Assembly (NCBI GenBank): GCA_040882565.1
Contig: JBBEAZ010000024.1
Span: 105,662 to 169,661 of the forward strand
Source of the DNA: Dehalococcoidia bacterium
Lineage (GTDB): Bacteria; Chloroflexota; Dehalococcoidia; SM23-28-2; RBG-16-64-32
DNA: 64,000 nucleotides
Direction: 5' to 3'
This document shows, in pieces, positions 45,488-57,866 of the stretch. Positions within the stretch are counted from its first letter, which is position 1; every line of letters starts with the position of its first letter. Below the pieces are notes generated by a model. That model had not been told where the DNA came from, did no database searches, and saw nothing but the letters and a program-made list of their open reading frames with translations. The position numbers and the translations under genes were made by a program.

Positions 45488-46138
45488 TTGAGTGGATCCC
45501 TCGATCACGTAACAACGATCCGCGGCCGCTTTGTCGAATTGCGGCCGATCAGCCGCGAGGACTATCCCACCTTATTCCGCTGGCGCTCGAGCTTCAGCAC
45601 GATCCACGCCCTTAACTTCCGGCGCAGTGTTTCCACGTACGAGGAGTTTGTCCGCGAGTTGGAACAGATGCTCCCGAACGTGATCCTTCTCCTGATCCGC
45701 GATCGCAAGACCGCCGCGCCAATTGGTTACACCCTCGGTTACAACATTCAGCCTTGGGACCGATACATGGGCGGCTCGATCTTCATCGAGCCGGGCCGCC
45801 GAATGCGCGTCTACGGCGGCGAAGCGCTTGTTCACTCCATCGATTTCTTTTTCTCCCTCTTCCCCATCAACAAGATCGTGGTTGAGCCATACGAATTCGC
45901 GACGACGCTCCGCGCGATGCTGGAAAGAATGGGCTTCGAGGAGTGCGGCGTCTACACCGACCATTACTGGCACGACGGCAAAAGTTGGGCGCTCCACGTC
46001 ATGGCGCTGCACCGGGAGCGGTGGGGGATAGAGCGAGAGAGGTACTTGAGTCTGATCGATACGGAAAACTTCCTCTCCAGTCATGACGAAAACGGCGCCC
46101 GTGGAGATGATCAGATCGGAAGTGAGGTCGCTATATGA
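45488..46138 (+). CDS. GNAT family acetyltransferase (RimJ/RimL-like)
   Basis: 216 aa. FVELRPISREDYPTLFRW ... acetyltransferase core. Confidence 0.7.
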   Translation: MSGSLDHVTTIRGRFVELRPISREDYPTLFRWRSSFSTIHALNFRRSVSTYEEFVRELEQMLPNVILLLIRDRKTAAPIGYTLGYNIQPWDRYMGGSIFIEPGRRMRVYGGEALVHSIDFFFSLFPINKIVVEPYEFATTLRAMLERMGFEECGVYTDHYWHDGKSWALHVMALHRERWGIERERYLSLIDTENFLSSHDENGARGDDQIGSEVAI

Positions 46139-46779
46139 TGAAGCAAGGGCTGGTCTTGGTCGGCGGAACCGCAGCGGTTGCCCTCCTGATCTTCCTAATC
46201 CTGACGGTGGGTGGAGTCGACTTGCGTGAAGAGGGAACCGCGCAGGAGTCGGGGGGATTCACCGGGGACTTACTAATTTGGAGTGGACGCCAGGAACTCG
46301 CAGTGTGCGTTGAGGTCGCTGGATCCGCGAAGAATGAACAACAGGTCGTCGCAAGCGAGGCCGTCGAATCCGTATCGCCAGCCTTGCTGATTGTGAGCCA
46401 GGACGAGGCATTCACGGCCTCCGAGCGACTTCAGACGGCGGCCAGTTCGGTCGTCGTCGAAGCAGAGTGCCCTGGAGATGCCCAACTCGATTGTCCAGCG
46501 TATCCGTACGACCCGCCAATATTGTGCCCGGACGGCTACGAGATAGTGAAGGAGCCAAGTAAGTACCGGGTCTTCGTCTACGTGGTTTCCGATGCAGATC
46601 TAGAGCAGATCCTTGGCGGCGCGACTCAGCGTCGGGGTGGCGGAGAACACTTGTGCAGCGGAGACAGTTGCTCGGAAGTCACGTCGGCGGTGTATGTGAG
46701 CGTTAACGAATTGAACGACACCCAAGTACTGGCTGGCATACTCCGTGAGGGACTTGGGTTTGGCGGTCACAGGGAGTGA
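46135..46779 (+). CDS. hypothetical secreted/membrane-anchored Cys-containing protein
   Basis: ATGA overlap with the GNAT stop. Signal-anchor LVLVGGTAAVALLIFLILTV. Confidence 0.55.
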   Translation: MMKQGLVLVGGTAAVALLIFLILTVGGVDLREEGTAQESGGFTGDLLIWSGRQELAVCVEVAGSAKNEQQVVASEAVESVSPALLIVSQDEAFTASERLQTAASSVVVEAECPGDAQLDCPAYPYDPPILCPDGYEIVKEPSKYRVFVYVVSDADLEQILGGATQRRGGGEHLCSGDSCSEVTSAVYVSVNELNDTQVLAGILREGLGFGGHRE

Positions 46780-47639
46780 CGCCACGGGAAACCTCCCACC
46801 AATGGCGCATCGTGCGCGTGGCTTTAAGCGCGGCCGTCGGTACCACGCTTGCTTTGGCAGCCCGGCTCGCGACCTCTGAACCCGGGAAAGCCAGTCACCC
46901 CTACTGGTTTCCAATCCAAGATCCTGGGCACATAGAGTCCATCAACTTTTCCGACATACCGGAAGCGGTCTGCGTCGATATCCAGACACAGCCGGCCATT
47001 GACTATCAGACCGCGTGGTACAGGATTGGGGATGCCCTCTACTACGCTGTACCTGACGGCGAGGATAGCTGGGACGGGCTTAACAACGACAAAATCAACT
47101 TCACATTTGCCCACCATAAAGAATATGAGATGCTCGGGCAGGGCTGCTTCGCCCCCCCGCCGGCCGACCCCTTGGTTTGGGAGATCCGAATCGCCGTTAA
47201 GGATGACGTGACGAGCAACTGCAACGGAAACTCTCGGGGATGCGCGTTTCGGAACGGCCCCATGTACGGGGACCCGTCGACTTCTGGGCACTCCTATGGC
47301 GAATACCAGAACAGTCAAATCTACATCGCGACAGGCGAGCTTCTAAGTGACTCCTACCTCTTCATAATAAATCATGAGGTCGGTCACGCGCTTGGTCTGG
47401 CCGACGGCGGGCCCGACGCGCCCGATGAACAGAACGCGAATGGTACTCAAATTCCCTTGCCATCCCAAACACAGAATCCATTGTCCTGCTCACCAATTAG
47501 TATCATGCATGTCTACGGTTGCGATGAGACGGACTGGCCGTCCGCAGTTGACAGGGCGGCCCTCGAGTTTCACATTCCCAACGGGCAACCGGCCGGCGGT
47601 GGGGGCAGTGGAGCCACCGCCAACAAGGGGTTCTTCTAG
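46776..47639 (+). CDS. secreted zinc metalloprotease (HExxH zincin)
   Basis: HEVGHALGLADGG is an HExxHxxGxxD-type motif. N-terminal signal-like region. Confidence 0.75.
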   Translation: MTPRETSHQWRIVRVALSAAVGTTLALAARLATSEPGKASHPYWFPIQDPGHIESINFSDIPEAVCVDIQTQPAIDYQTAWYRIGDALYYAVPDGEDSWDGLNNDKINFTFAHHKEYEMLGQGCFAPPPADPLVWEIRIAVKDDVTSNCNGNSRGCAFRNGPMYGDPSTSGHSYGEYQNSQIYIATGELLSDSYLFIINHEVGHALGLADGGPDAPDEQNANGTQIPLPSQTQNPLSCSPISIMHVYGCDETDWPSAVDRAALEFHIPNGQPAGGGGSGATANKGFF

Positions 47640-47643
47640 ATAC

Positions 47644-49908
47644 ATGAGAGTATTGATCGGCGCCCTCGCCGTAGTTGCCGCTCTTGCCGCTCTTACGCTA
47701 ATCACGTATCGCGAAGCCTTCGCCGCAGGCACATATGGGCCTACTCTAACCGTCGAACACTGCAACGGCCTCGCTGCCAACTTCCCCGCGAGCGGGACCT
47801 CAACTGATCCCGACCTTGCCGGCAACCCATCGTGCACCACCGGTGCCACTCCGCTTGCGTTGAACACCGCAACAAACTTGACGTTCAAGCAAGCGGTGCC
47901 CATTGGCCACATGAATCCTGGCACGGCTCTGTTCGTGACCGGGCCCGGTGACGATTACGTGGCGCCGGACGCATCAATTGCGAACGGAACCAAGGCTGGT
48001 GGCGTGACGGCCACCATGACCATCAGCGTGGCAAATGGCGCGTGCTCGACAGCGATCAACGTAGATTACATCCTCTACGAATCAACGACCAGCAACTCTG
48101 TGCTCATCGATCCGTTGGACCCAGGCACCGCCGACCACCTCTCGAACCTCGCCACGGATTCCGGCTTGGATGGATTCGCCGACTACAATTCGCCATTCCG
48201 CAACTCCAACCCGAGCTTTTACCCTCCCATCTTTGACCCCGATTTGGACGCCTTACTGGGGATCAACGGCCCAGTTGCGCCCTTGCTACCAATCGCACGT
48301 TATACGGGCATGTCGCGTGTCATTCCTACCGGGTCCGGGGAGTGGTCGATGCTTTCTGTTTTCGTCTTCAACAGCAGCGCTCTCGCCCCGTTCGCCGCCT
48401 ATGAACACAATATTCCTCATTCATTCTCCCGTCTTGGCCGTTCGCCGGCCGACGGGCGTGTCTACTTCGCGGTTTTTGACGATCCGCTCGAAGCAGCTTA
48501 TGGGCAGTCGAGGCTCCTCGAGACGTGCAGTCCGCTTACCACCACAGCGATGCTTCTCGGCACCCTACCGAATGCCGAGGTGCGCGCGCGAACGCCAACG
48601 ACTTCAGGGACGCGTGCGTATAGCGCGTGGAGCTACAGCGCCCGCAACGCCGACAGCGACACGCTGGACAATTGGCTCGACAGTTGCCCGCTAGTCGCCA
48701 ACGCCGGTACCGACGCAGACAACGATGGCATCGACGGCGCGTGCGATCCCACACCTTCCGTCAACACCGGCTTCGGCGACCACGACGGCGACGGCTTCAA
48801 CAACCGCGAAGACAATTGCCCGCTAGAGGCCAACTGGCCGCAGTCCTCGGAGCGCGAGGGCGAGATGTACTACATCACCACCGCCCCGGACGGCGGCCCC
48901 CGCGGCGACGGCATCGGCAACCACTGCGACCCGCACCAGTTCAACGGTTACTCGGAGGGCGATTTCATCGAAAGCTACGTCATGGTGCCCAAGTGCTTCG
49001 GCGGCACAGACGGGGACGGAGATCGCTACTGCTCTACGCAGGACCTCAACGACAGCAGCGCCTCGACGCCCGGCTACACGCTGAACAGGGGCCCCGACAC
49101 GGACGGCCTGCCCATCGGCGATGGTCATGGCTCAAACCTGGAGAAGTACGTCGGCACCGATCCGCTCAAGGCTTGCAACAAGACCACGGCAACTGATGAT
49201 GAATCAGCGGGCGCGGACGCCTGGCCGGTGGATCTCAACGACTCAGGGCACGTCAACATTACAGACATACTCGGGATGAAGCCGTTTATCGGTTCGGCGG
49301 TGCCGCCGAACCAGCGCTATGACATTGTCCCGAGCAAGACCATCAACATTCAGGACGTGCTCGCGATAAAGCCTTCAATCGGCTTGACGTGCGGGATTAC
49401 AACCAGGATCGATGCTGAAATTGCCTACGAGATTGCGAACGCAGCAACGTTGATCGGCTCCCCCGAGACGTGCACGGAGATGAACGTTGGCAACAGCATC
49501 CAAATTGATATCACAGCGAGCGCGATTCCGGCCTATACCGGTGGCCAAAACGGCCTCACCGGCTTCGAGTTCACGTTCAAGTACATCAGCAGCAAAATCA
49601 AAGTCACCGCGCTCGACGTCGACCTGCTTCTCAAGGCGAACCTGAACTCCAGTCTGCTCAGCATCGGCGACGCTCCGCCGAATACTGACGGCACGTTCTT
49701 CGTCTCAGTGGGCGATATTGGCACTGGGCAGCCGGAACAGGGCGCCGGCGTATTGGCCCGCATCACCGTCGAGGCGCTGGCCTCAGGCACTACAGCGGTG
49801 GAACTCACCAACATGGTCCTGACCGGAAGGACGGTGGGCGGCGGCGACTTCGAATACCCGGCGCGGGCCGTCAACGCGAACCTGGCCATCGGCACCACCT
49901 GCCCCTAG
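47644..49908 (+). CDS. large secreted protein with thrombospondin type-3-like Ca-binding repeats and C-terminal dockerin-like / beta-sandwich regions
   Basis: The start was set at ATG 47644 (MRVLIGALAVVAALAAL signal). The longer listed ORF from 47374 overlaps the previous gene in a different frame. The TSP3-like repeats are DADNDGIDGACD, DHDGDGFNNREDNC and GDGIGNHCD. Dockerin-like pairs are DLNDSGHVNITDILGMKPFIG and TINIQDVLAIKPSIG. Confidence 0.8.
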   Translation: MRVLIGALAVVAALAALTLITYREAFAAGTYGPTLTVEHCNGLAANFPASGTSTDPDLAGNPSCTTGATPLALNTATNLTFKQAVPIGHMNPGTALFVTGPGDDYVAPDASIANGTKAGGVTATMTISVANGACSTAINVDYILYESTTSNSVLIDPLDPGTADHLSNLATDSGLDGFADYNSPFRNSNPSFYPPIFDPDLDALLGINGPVAPLLPIARYTGMSRVIPTGSGEWSMLSVFVFNSSALAPFAAYEHNIPHSFSRLGRSPADGRVYFAVFDDPLEAAYGQSRLLETCSPLTTTAMLLGTLPNAEVRARTPTTSGTRAYSAWSYSARNADSDTLDNWLDSCPLVANAGTDADNDGIDGACDPTPSVNTGFGDHDGDGFNNREDNCPLEANWPQSSEREGEMYYITTAPDGGPRGDGIGNHCDPHQFNGYSEGDFIESYVMVPKCFGGTDGDGDRYCSTQDLNDSSASTPGYTLNRGPDTDGLPIGDGHGSNLEKYVGTDPLKACNKTTATDDESAGADAWPVDLNDSGHVNITDILGMKPFIGSAVPPNQRYDIVPSKTINIQDVLAIKPSIGLTCGITTRIDAEIAYEIANAATLIGSPETCTEMNVGNSIQIDITASAIPAYTGGQNGLTGFEFTFKYISSKIKVTALDVDLLLKANLNSSLLSIGDAPPNTDGTFFVSVGDIGTGQPEQGAGVLARITVEALASGTTAVELTNMVLTGRTVGGGDFEYPARAVNANLAIGTTCP

Positions 49909-50126
49909 CGCCATTTCCCCTTTAGGACTTCGCGCTCGAACCCGCTACGCTATCCCCATGGCTATCAGCCTGGCTGTGTCACCCCGCCCGCGCGCTTGCC
50001 CGCTCGCCCGTCTGGGTCTGGGCCGCGCCGCTGCAGCCGAAGGTGCTCCGACCTCAAAACGAGGCGCAATCATCTTGAACCCAATCAAGAGTTTGGCGCC
50101 GCGTCAGACACGAAAAAGCGCTCCCC

Positions 50127-50164
50127 CAGAAAAAATCGAAAAACGCAATCAAGTTGTCTTGATT
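50127..50164 (-). terminator. Rho-independent terminator candidate downstream of mreB
   Basis: Minus-strand hairpin CAATCAAGACAACTTGATTG, followed by CGTTTTTCGATTTTTT. Confidence 0.5.
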
Positions 50165-50174
50165 GTCCCGACCG

Positions 50175-51203
50175 TCAGAACGAGACGAGCCATTCGCCCT
50201 CGGCGGGCTGAGCGCGCTTGATCAGCGGCAGGTAGTCCAGCGCGATCCCCGCGCCCATGGCCACGCACTCCATCGGGCTGTCCGCCACGTAGCACGGGAT
50301 GCCGATCTCCTGCGTGATCAGCCGGTCGAGGTTGCGCAGCATCCCGGTACCCCCCGAGAGGACGATGCCCCGATCCACGACGTCCGAGGCCAGCTCCGGC
50401 GGGGTGCGCTCCAGGACGGACCGCGCCGCGCCGACGATCGACGCCAGCGGGTCCTGGATCGCCTGCGTCACATCGGTTGACGTTACGGTGATCGTGCGCG
50501 GCAGCCCGGTGATCTGGTCGCGGCCGCGCACCTGGTACGTGATCTCTTCGTCGAGCGGCAAGGCGCTGCCGATCGCGATCTTCAGCTCTTCCGCTGTCCG
50601 GTCGCCGACGACGAGGTTGTGGCGCCGCTTCACGTAGGCCGCGATCGCGTCGTCGAGCCGGTCCCCGGCCACGCGGACGCTTTCGCTGACAACGATCCCG
50701 TACATCGAGATCACGGCCGCTTCCGTGCGCCCGCCGCCGATGTCTACGATCATGTGCCCCTGCGGCACGTGCACGGGTATCCGCGCGCCGATCGCTGCCG
50801 CCAGTGGTTCCGGGATCAGGTGCGCCGGCCGCCGCGCTCCCGCCGCTTCCGCGGCGTCCTGCACGGCGCGCTGCTCGACGCCTGTGACGCCCGCCGGCAC
50901 GCAGATCATCACTTCCGGCTTCACGAACGAGACCCGGCCCAGCACCCGGCTGATGAAGTGGCGCAGCATCGCTTCTGTGGTCACGTAGTCTGCGATCACC
51001 CCTTCGCGCATCGGCCGGATCACCTGGATAGCGCCCGGCGTGCGGCCCAGCATCTCGCGCGCCTCAGTGCCCACGGCGACGATGCTGTTGTCACGCTGCG
51101 CCACGGCGACCACGGAAGGCTCGGCGATGACGATGCCGCGGCCCTTCACGTACACGAGTACGTTCGCAGTCCCCAGGTCAACGCCGATTCGTTTGCCGAA
51201 CAT
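50175..51203 (-). CDS. mreB: rod shape-determining protein MreB
   Basis: [19 protein letters not shown] .. actin-like ATPase motifs. Confidence 0.95.
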   Translation of the reverse strand: MFGKRIGVDLGTANVLVYVKGRGIVIAEPSVVAVAQRDNSIVAVGTEAREMLGRTPGAIQVIRPMREGVIADYVTTEAMLRHFISRVLGRVSFVKPEVMICVPAGVTGVEQRAVQDAAEAAGARRPAHLIPEPLAAAIGARIPVHVPQGHMIVDIGGGRTEAAVISMYGIVVSESVRVAGDRLDDAIAAYVKRRHNLVVGDRTAEELKIAIGSALPLDEEITYQVRGRDQITGLPRTITVTSTDVTQAIQDPLASIVGAARSVLERTPPELASDVVDRGIVLSGGTGMLRNLDRLITQEIGIPCYVADSPMECVAMGAGIALDYLPLIKRAQPAEGEWLVSF

Positions 51204-52474
51204 TAAACCCTCTCGATATCAGCCCCGAGTGAGCGGAGCTTATCGTCGATTCGCTCGTAGCCGCGGTCCACGTGATAGATGCCGGAGATATCCGTACGGC
51301 CCCTCGCCGCGAGCCCTGCCAGTATAAACGCAGCGCCGGCCCGGACATCCAGCGCGCGTAGGGCAGCTCCGGTCAGGGGAGCAGGCCCGGTAATGATAGC
51401 AACGGTGGCACCGGTCGTCACTATTTCCGCACCCATCTTGCGTAGCTCGCTGATATAGCCCAGGCGGTTGTCGAACACCCGCTCGTGCACGTAACTCACG
51501 CCGTGCGCCTGCGTCAGGAGCGCCGCGATCGGCGCCTGCAGGTCGGTTGGGAATCCCGGATACGGTAACGCCTGCACCGTCATAGCGTTCAGGTCACCGC
51601 CGCCGGTGACGTACATCCGGTCGCCTTCTGTCTCTACGCTGACGCCCAGCTGCCGCAGCTTCGCGATCACAGCCTGCATGTGCGCTGCGTTCACGCCGCG
51701 CACTTCGACGTCGCCGCCGGTGATCGCCGCCGCGATCGCGTACGTACCGGCTTCGAGGCGGTCCGGGATGATCGCGTAAGTGGTGCCGTTAAGCTTCTCG
51801 ACGCCGTCCACCGTGATCGTGTGAGTCCCGGCGCCGCTGATCCGCGCACCCATGCCGGTCAGCATCTCGGCGAGGCCCTGCACTTCTGGCTCGGCGGCGG
51901 CGTTGACGATGGTTGTTGTGCCCTTCGCAGTCGCCGCCGCCATCATCGTGTTCTGCGTGCCCAGCACGCTTGGGTAGTCGGCGAAGAACACCGACCCGCG
52001 CAGTTCGTCTGCCCGAGCGTGGAACATCTCCTGGCTGACGCCGGTCTCGGCGCCCAGCGCGCGGAACCCCGCGAGGTGCACGTCGATCGGCCGCTGGCCG
52101 ATCACGTCACCGCCCGGCGGCGGGCAGGCAGCTTCGCCGAGGCGCCCGAGCAGGGCGCCCATCACGAGGAAGCTCCCACGCAACGTTCCCACGAGGTCCT
52201 TGTCGGGGCACGATGAGGTGATCTCGCCCGCGTTCAGGCGCAGCTTGTGCTCTTCCGCCCACTCCACTATGCACCCGAGGCTGCGCAGGACGAGCGCCAT
52301 CTGGTCGACATCGTCGATGTGAGGGACGTTCTCGAGGATGCAATCGTCAGGGACGAGCAATGCGGCCGCCATCGCGCCCAGAGTCGCGTTCTTAGAGCCG
52401 CCGATTTCGACGGTCCCGGACAGGCGCTTTCCGCCTTCGAGGACGAACGTCTGCTCGCGAAGCTGAAGGGCCAT
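51203..52474 (-). CDS. murA: UDP-N-acetylglucosamine 1-carboxyvinyltransferase MurA
   Basis: 423 aa. [13 protein letters not shown] and active-site Cys region. Confidence 0.95.
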   Translation of the reverse strand: MALQLREQTFVLEGGKRLSGTVEIGGSKNATLGAMAAALLVPDDCILENVPHIDDVDQMALVLRSLGCIVEWAEEHKLRLNAGEITSSCPDKDLVGTLRGSFLVMGALLGRLGEAACPPPGGDVIGQRPIDVHLAGFRALGAETGVSQEMFHARADELRGSVFFADYPSVLGTQNTMMAAATAKGTTTIVNAAAEPEVQGLAEMLTGMGARISGAGTHTITVDGVEKLNGTTYAIIPDRLEAGTYAIAAAITGGDVEVRGVNAAHMQAVIAKLRQLGVSVETEGDRMYVTGGGDLNAMTVQALPYPGFPTDLQAPIAALLTQAHGVSYVHERVFDNRLGYISELRKMGAEIVTTGATVAIITGPAPLTGAALRALDVRAGAAFILAGLAARGRTDISGIYHVDRGYERIDDKLRSLGADIERV

Positions 52475-52485
52475 TCGCCCTTAGG

Positions 52486-52938
52486 TTACACCTCAGGCGG
52501 GCTGGACGGCCCGGACGGCCTTCGCGTGGTGCGCCTGCGCCCGCGTTCGGCCGCGCGCAGACGCAGCAACGCCCGCTGCAGCGAAGCGGCAGCCAGGGCG
52601 AGGTCTTCGGTGCTCTCGCGCTCCTCGAGGGCGCGCTCGGCGCGCCGGCGGGCCTCTTCGGCGGCCACAGTGTCGATCTCTTCGGCCCGTTCGGCGTCGT
52701 CAGCGAGGATCGTGACACGGTCGTCGCGCACTTCGAGGAAGCCGCCCGTGATCGCGACGTCTGTCTCGTCGTTGCCCTTGATCAAGCGCATGATGCCGGG
52801 CTTGATCATCGTCAGCAGCGGCGCGTGGCTGGGCAGCACCGTCAGCTCGCCTTCGATGCCGGGCACTACGACCTCGTCCACACCTGAGTCGGTGTAGACT
52901 TCGCGCTCCGCCGTGACTACGTGTACTGAAAGTGGCAT
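52486..52938 (-). CDS. atpC: F1 ATP synthase epsilon subunit
   Basis: VVTAEREVYTDSGVDEVVVPGIEGELTVLPSHAPLLT. Confidence 0.9.
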   Translation of the reverse strand: MPLSVHVVTAEREVYTDSGVDEVVVPGIEGELTVLPSHAPLLTMIKPGIMRLIKGNDETDVAITGGFLEVRDDRVTILADDAERAEEIDTVAAEEARRRAERALEERESTEDLALAAASLQRALLRLRAAERGRRRTTRRPSGPSSPPEV

Positions 52939-52940
52939 AT

Positions 52941-54474
<1,534 letters not shown>

Positions 54475-54480
<6 letters not shown>

Positions 54481-54942
54481 TTCGTGTTCTTCGCTCGCGT
54501 AGTACGGCTCATGTCCATCGGAAATGCCGTTCCGGTTCCAGTCCGGTTGCTGCTTCGCCTTGTTGCGCAGTGCTTTGATGAGGCCCGAGAGAGTCGCAGC
54601 TGCCTCAGACCGAATGGGCTCAATCGCTGCGATGTCCGCCTCGGTCAGGATCTCTACATCCAGCATGAATTCGAGCAGATACTCCACCTCACTGATCGAA
54701 GTGCTCGCAGTTTCCAGGAAACGCAGGAAATCTCGAGTCGTACCACGCCCGTGACCTTCTACGATGTTCAGAGGAGCGGAAACTGCCGCTCTCGACAGCT
54801 GACTGGCCAACCAACCATCGGTTTTGGCGACCTTTTTACTGAGCGCGTAGGCTCTTTTCGCCAGGAGGTCTGCCTTGCGAAATGCGATGACCCGCCGGTA
54901 GCCCTTGCTACTTGCTCCTTGCTCCTTGCTCCTCGTCGTCAT
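54475..54942 (-). CDS. four-helix-bundle protein (TIGR02436 / 23S-rRNA-intervening-sequence-type protein) inserted between atpD and atpG
   Basis: IAFRKADLLAKRAYALSKKV ... LASQLSRAAVSAPLNIVEGHGRGTTRDFLRFLETASTSISEVEYLLEFMLD matches the remembered family pattern (..FP..E.Y.L.SQLRRAA.SI..NIAEG..R....DF..FL.IA.GS..E....L). Confidence 0.75.
54902..54932. repeat. TTGCTCC-rich tandem/inverted repeat at the 5' end of the four-helix-bundle gene
   Basis: CCCTTGCTACTTGCTCCTTGCTCCTTGCTCC. Its reverse complement, GGAGCAAGGAGCAAGGAGCAAGTAGCAAGGG, pairs with AGTAGCAAGGAGCC at 54411-54424. Confidence 0.65.
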
Positions 54943-55811
54943 GTCATTGCCTCGACGCCGCCGACGATGTCCAGCAGCTCGTTTGTGATGCTCTCTTGAC
55001 GCGCCTTGTTGTAGACCAAGGTCAAGTCCCGCATCAACTCGTTTGCACTGTCAGTTGCGTTGCGCATCGCTACCATGCGCGCCGATTGCTCGCTCGCCGC
55101 TGCCTCGAGGATCGCGTCGTAGATGAGGCGCTCCACGTAGCGAGGGAGGAGTTCAGCGAGCACGGCCTCGCGGCTCGGCTCGTAGATGTAGTCAACGCCT
55201 GCGGTCTCTGCATCGGTAGGTGGTTCGATCGGCAGCAGCTTTGAGACTACCGGACGCTGCGTCACCATGTTCACGAACTCGGCGTAGAGGACATACACCT
55301 CGTCCGCCGCGCCGCTGATGAAGTCCTCCATCGCGACCTGCGCGACCGGCCGCACGTCGGTGTATGCCGGGTAGTCGCCGATCTCAAGAAACTCCGCGAC
55401 GATCTCTTGTCCCGTCCGCCGCATGAAGTCGCGGCCCTTGCGGCCAACGGCGATCACGCGTACCGGCTTGCCTTCCGCCATAATGTACTGCGCCGCCCGA
55501 CGGTTCAGGTTCGACGGCAGGCCGCCGGAAAGACCGCGGTTCGGCGTCACGATGATCAGCTCAACCGTCTTCACCTCACCGCGCACACGGATCAAGGGGT
55601 GCCGGTCTTCGTCGTCGATCTGCGGCAACGTCTCGGCGAGGTCAGCCAACACCCAGCGCAGGCGCTCGGCGTAGGGACGCGCCGCCAGCGCGTTCAGTTG
55701 GGCGCGGCGCATCTTCGAAGCCGCCACCAGCTCCATCGCCCGCGTGATCTTCGCGGTGCTCTGGATCGAGCGGATGCGGCGGCGTGTCTGCCTTAGCTGT
55801 CCTGCGCCCAT
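54939..55811 (-). CDS. atpG: F1 ATP synthase gamma subunit
   Basis: RRRIRSIQSTAKITRAMELVAASKMRRAQ. Confidence 0.9.
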   Translation of the reverse strand: MGAGQLRQTRRRIRSIQSTAKITRAMELVAASKMRRAQLNALAARPYAERLRWVLADLAETLPQIDDEDRHPLIRVRGEVKTVELIIVTPNRGLSGGLPSNLNRRAAQYIMAEGKPVRVIAVGRKGRDFMRRTGQEIVAEFLEIGDYPAYTDVRPVAQVAMEDFISGAADEVYVLYAEFVNMVTQRPVVSKLLPIEPPTDAETAGVDYIYEPSREAVLAELLPRYVERLIYDAILEAAASEQSARMVAMRNATDSANELMRDLTLVYNKARQESITNELLDIVGGVEAMT

Positions 55812-55817
55812 ATCGTC

Positions 55818-57353
55818 CTAGTACGCACCAGTCTGTTTGAACGCTTCGATAGCCTTCTTCAACTTCTCCTCGGTGTCGTCGTCGAGCAGTCCGCTGTCGT
55901 CGATAGCCTTCAGGATTTCTGGGTTGTTCGACGCGATGAAGCGGTGGAAAGCCGTCTCGAAGTCGAACACTTTGCCAGGCTCGACATCGTTCAGGTGACC
56001 GTTCACGACCGCGTAAATGATCGTTACCTCTTCGCCCGGGGTCAGCGGGCTGTACTGTGGCTGCTTGAGGATCTCGACCAGGCGCTGACCCAGCTCGAGT
56101 TGGCGTCGCGTGGCCGGGTCCAGCTCTGCAGTGCCGAACTGGGCGAAGGCCTGCAGCTCGCGGTACTGGGCGAGCCCGAGGCGCATGCCGCCGGCGACTT
56201 TGCGCATCGCCTTGGTTTGAGCGGCGCCACCCACGCGTGACACCGAAAGGCCGGCGTTGATCGCCGGCCGGATGCCGGACGCGAAGAGGTCCGCCTCCAG
56301 GTAGATCTGGCCGTCGGTAATCGAAATCACGTTCGTCGGCACGTAGGCCGAAACGTCGCCTGCCTGTGTCTCGATGATCGGCAGCGCCGTTAGCGAGCCG
56401 CCGCCGTACTCGGGCGCGAGCTTGGCCGCCCGCTCCAACAAGCGACTGTGCAGGTAGAACACGTCGCCCGGGTAGGCTTCGCGTCCCGGCGGACGGCGCA
56501 GTAGCAGCGACATCTGGCGGTAGGCCCAGGCGTGCTTGGAGAGGTCGTCGTAGATGATGAGACAGTCCTTGCCCTGGTCCATGAACTCTTCACCGATCGC
56601 GCAGCCCGCGTAAGGGGCGATGTACTGGAGGGCGGCCGGGTCCGCGGCGTTGGCACAGACGATTACCGTGTGCTCCATCGCGCCGTTCTCCTCCAGGATG
56701 CCGACGACCTGGGCGATTTTCGAGGCCTGCTGGCCGATGCCCACGTAGATGCAGATGACGTCGCGGCCCTTCTGCGAAATGATCGTGTCGAGGCAGATCG
56801 CGGTCTTGCCTGTGAAGCGATCGCCGATCACCAGCTCGCGCTGACCACGGCCGATCGGCACCATGGCGTCAATCGCCTTGACGCCGGTGTGCAGTGACTG
56901 GTTCACGCTCTGCCGCATCACCACACCCGGCGCAATCTTCTCGACAGGCCGCGCCTTGTCCGATGGAACCGGGCCTTTGCCGTCGAGCGGCTGGCCCAGC
57001 GGGTCGACCACGCGGCCGATCAGCGCGTCGCCGACCGGCACCTCGATGATGCGCCCGGTGGAGCGGACCTCGTCGCCTTCTTTGATGTCTGTGAATTCGC
57101 CGAGGACGATCGCGCCGACGGTGTCTTCTTCGAGGTTCAGCGCCAGGCCCATGATCGTCTTCGCCGCACCCTTGTCGTCCTTCGTGCGGAACTCCAGCAG
57201 CTCGCTGTAGACAGCATTGCGCAGGCCGTACACCCGCACGATGCCGTCACCGGCCGCGACGACGCTGCCGACGTCGACGGCCGTTACCTCGCCGCCGAAC
57301 TGCTCGATCTGCTGACGGATTATTGATGCGATCTCTTCTGGTTTTACCGCCAT
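55818..57353 (-). CDS. atpA: F1 ATP synthase alpha subunit
   Basis: Walker [10 protein letters not shown]. 511 aa. Confidence 0.95.
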   Translation of the reverse strand: MAVKPEEIASIIRQQIEQFGGEVTAVDVGSVVAAGDGIVRVYGLRNAVYSELLEFRTKDDKGAAKTIMGLALNLEEDTVGAIVLGEFTDIKEGDEVRSTGRIIEVPVGDALIGRVVDPLGQPLDGKGPVPSDKARPVEKIAPGVVMRQSVNQSLHTGVKAIDAMVPIGRGQRELVIGDRFTGKTAICLDTIISQKGRDVICIYVGIGQQASKIAQVVGILEENGAMEHTVIVCANAADPAALQYIAPYAGCAIGEEFMDQGKDCLIIYDDLSKHAWAYRQMSLLLRRPPGREAYPGDVFYLHSRLLERAAKLAPEYGGGSLTALPIIETQAGDVSAYVPTNVISITDGQIYLEADLFASGIRPAINAGLSVSRVGGAAQTKAMRKVAGGMRLGLAQYRELQAFAQFGTAELDPATRRQLELGQRLVEILKQPQYSPLTPGEEVTIIYAVVNGHLNDVEPGKVFDFETAFHRFIASNNPEILKAIDDSGLLDDDTEEKLKKAIEAFKQTGAY

Positions 57354-57374
57354 AGCGTCCTCCCGTAGCTCGCG

Positions 57375-57866
57375 CTACGCTTCTGTCGTCTCCAACGCCC
57401 GCAGCCAGTCGCGGATGTGCTCGGCGTGTTGTCGGTAGTGTTCATATGTGTCGTAGCCGAACTCGGTGATCAGGGGCTGGCCGCGCAGTTCTTGCCCCAG
57501 GACCTCTTCGGGGGTGTCGTCAAGTGCGCGCGTGGCGTTCTGGTGATTACGCATCCACTCGACCCGCACTTCCGTGAAGGGGTGGTCTTTGCGCGCGTTG
57601 TACTCGCGCTCGTTCCACTCGTCCACCCAGTTGTCGCCCTCACCGATCGGGATGGCATCGAAGCGCCCGGCGGTCGCACAACGCAACGTCTCGCAAGCAC
57701 GGCCGCTCCAGAAGGCGATGTGGCCGAGCAGGTCTTTGAGCGACCAGTTCTCGACGACGCCGGGCTGCGTCACCGCCGCGCTCGGCACCGATTCCACGAT
57801 CGTCAATAGCTCCGCCCAAGCCCTGTCCAACTCGGTCTCGGCTAACGATTTCGTTACTGTTGTCAT
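57375..57866 (-). CDS. DinB/MDMPI-like (DinB_2 superfamily) protein embedded in the atp operon
   Basis: WSLKDLLGHIAFW .. conserved His residues. The start overlaps the atpH stop by 4 nt (ATGA). Paralogous to 1730-2329. Confidence 0.65.
   Translation of the reverse strand: MTTVTKSLAETELDRAWAELLTIVESVPSAAVTQPGVVENWSLKDLLGHIAFWSGRACETLRCATAGRFDAIPIGEGDNWVDEWNEREYNARKDHPFTEVRVEWMRNHQNATRALDDTPEEVLGQELRGQPLITEFGYDTYEHYRQHAEHIRDWLRALETTEA

Noticed and set aside
47374-47643. Upstream extension of the large TSP3/dockerin protein ORF
   Set aside because: It overlaps the metalloprotease gene in another frame and translates to an Arg/Pro-rich leader. ATG 47644 immediately precedes a clean signal peptide
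50619-51206. 195-aa plus-strand ORF
   Set aside because: It is antisense to mreB
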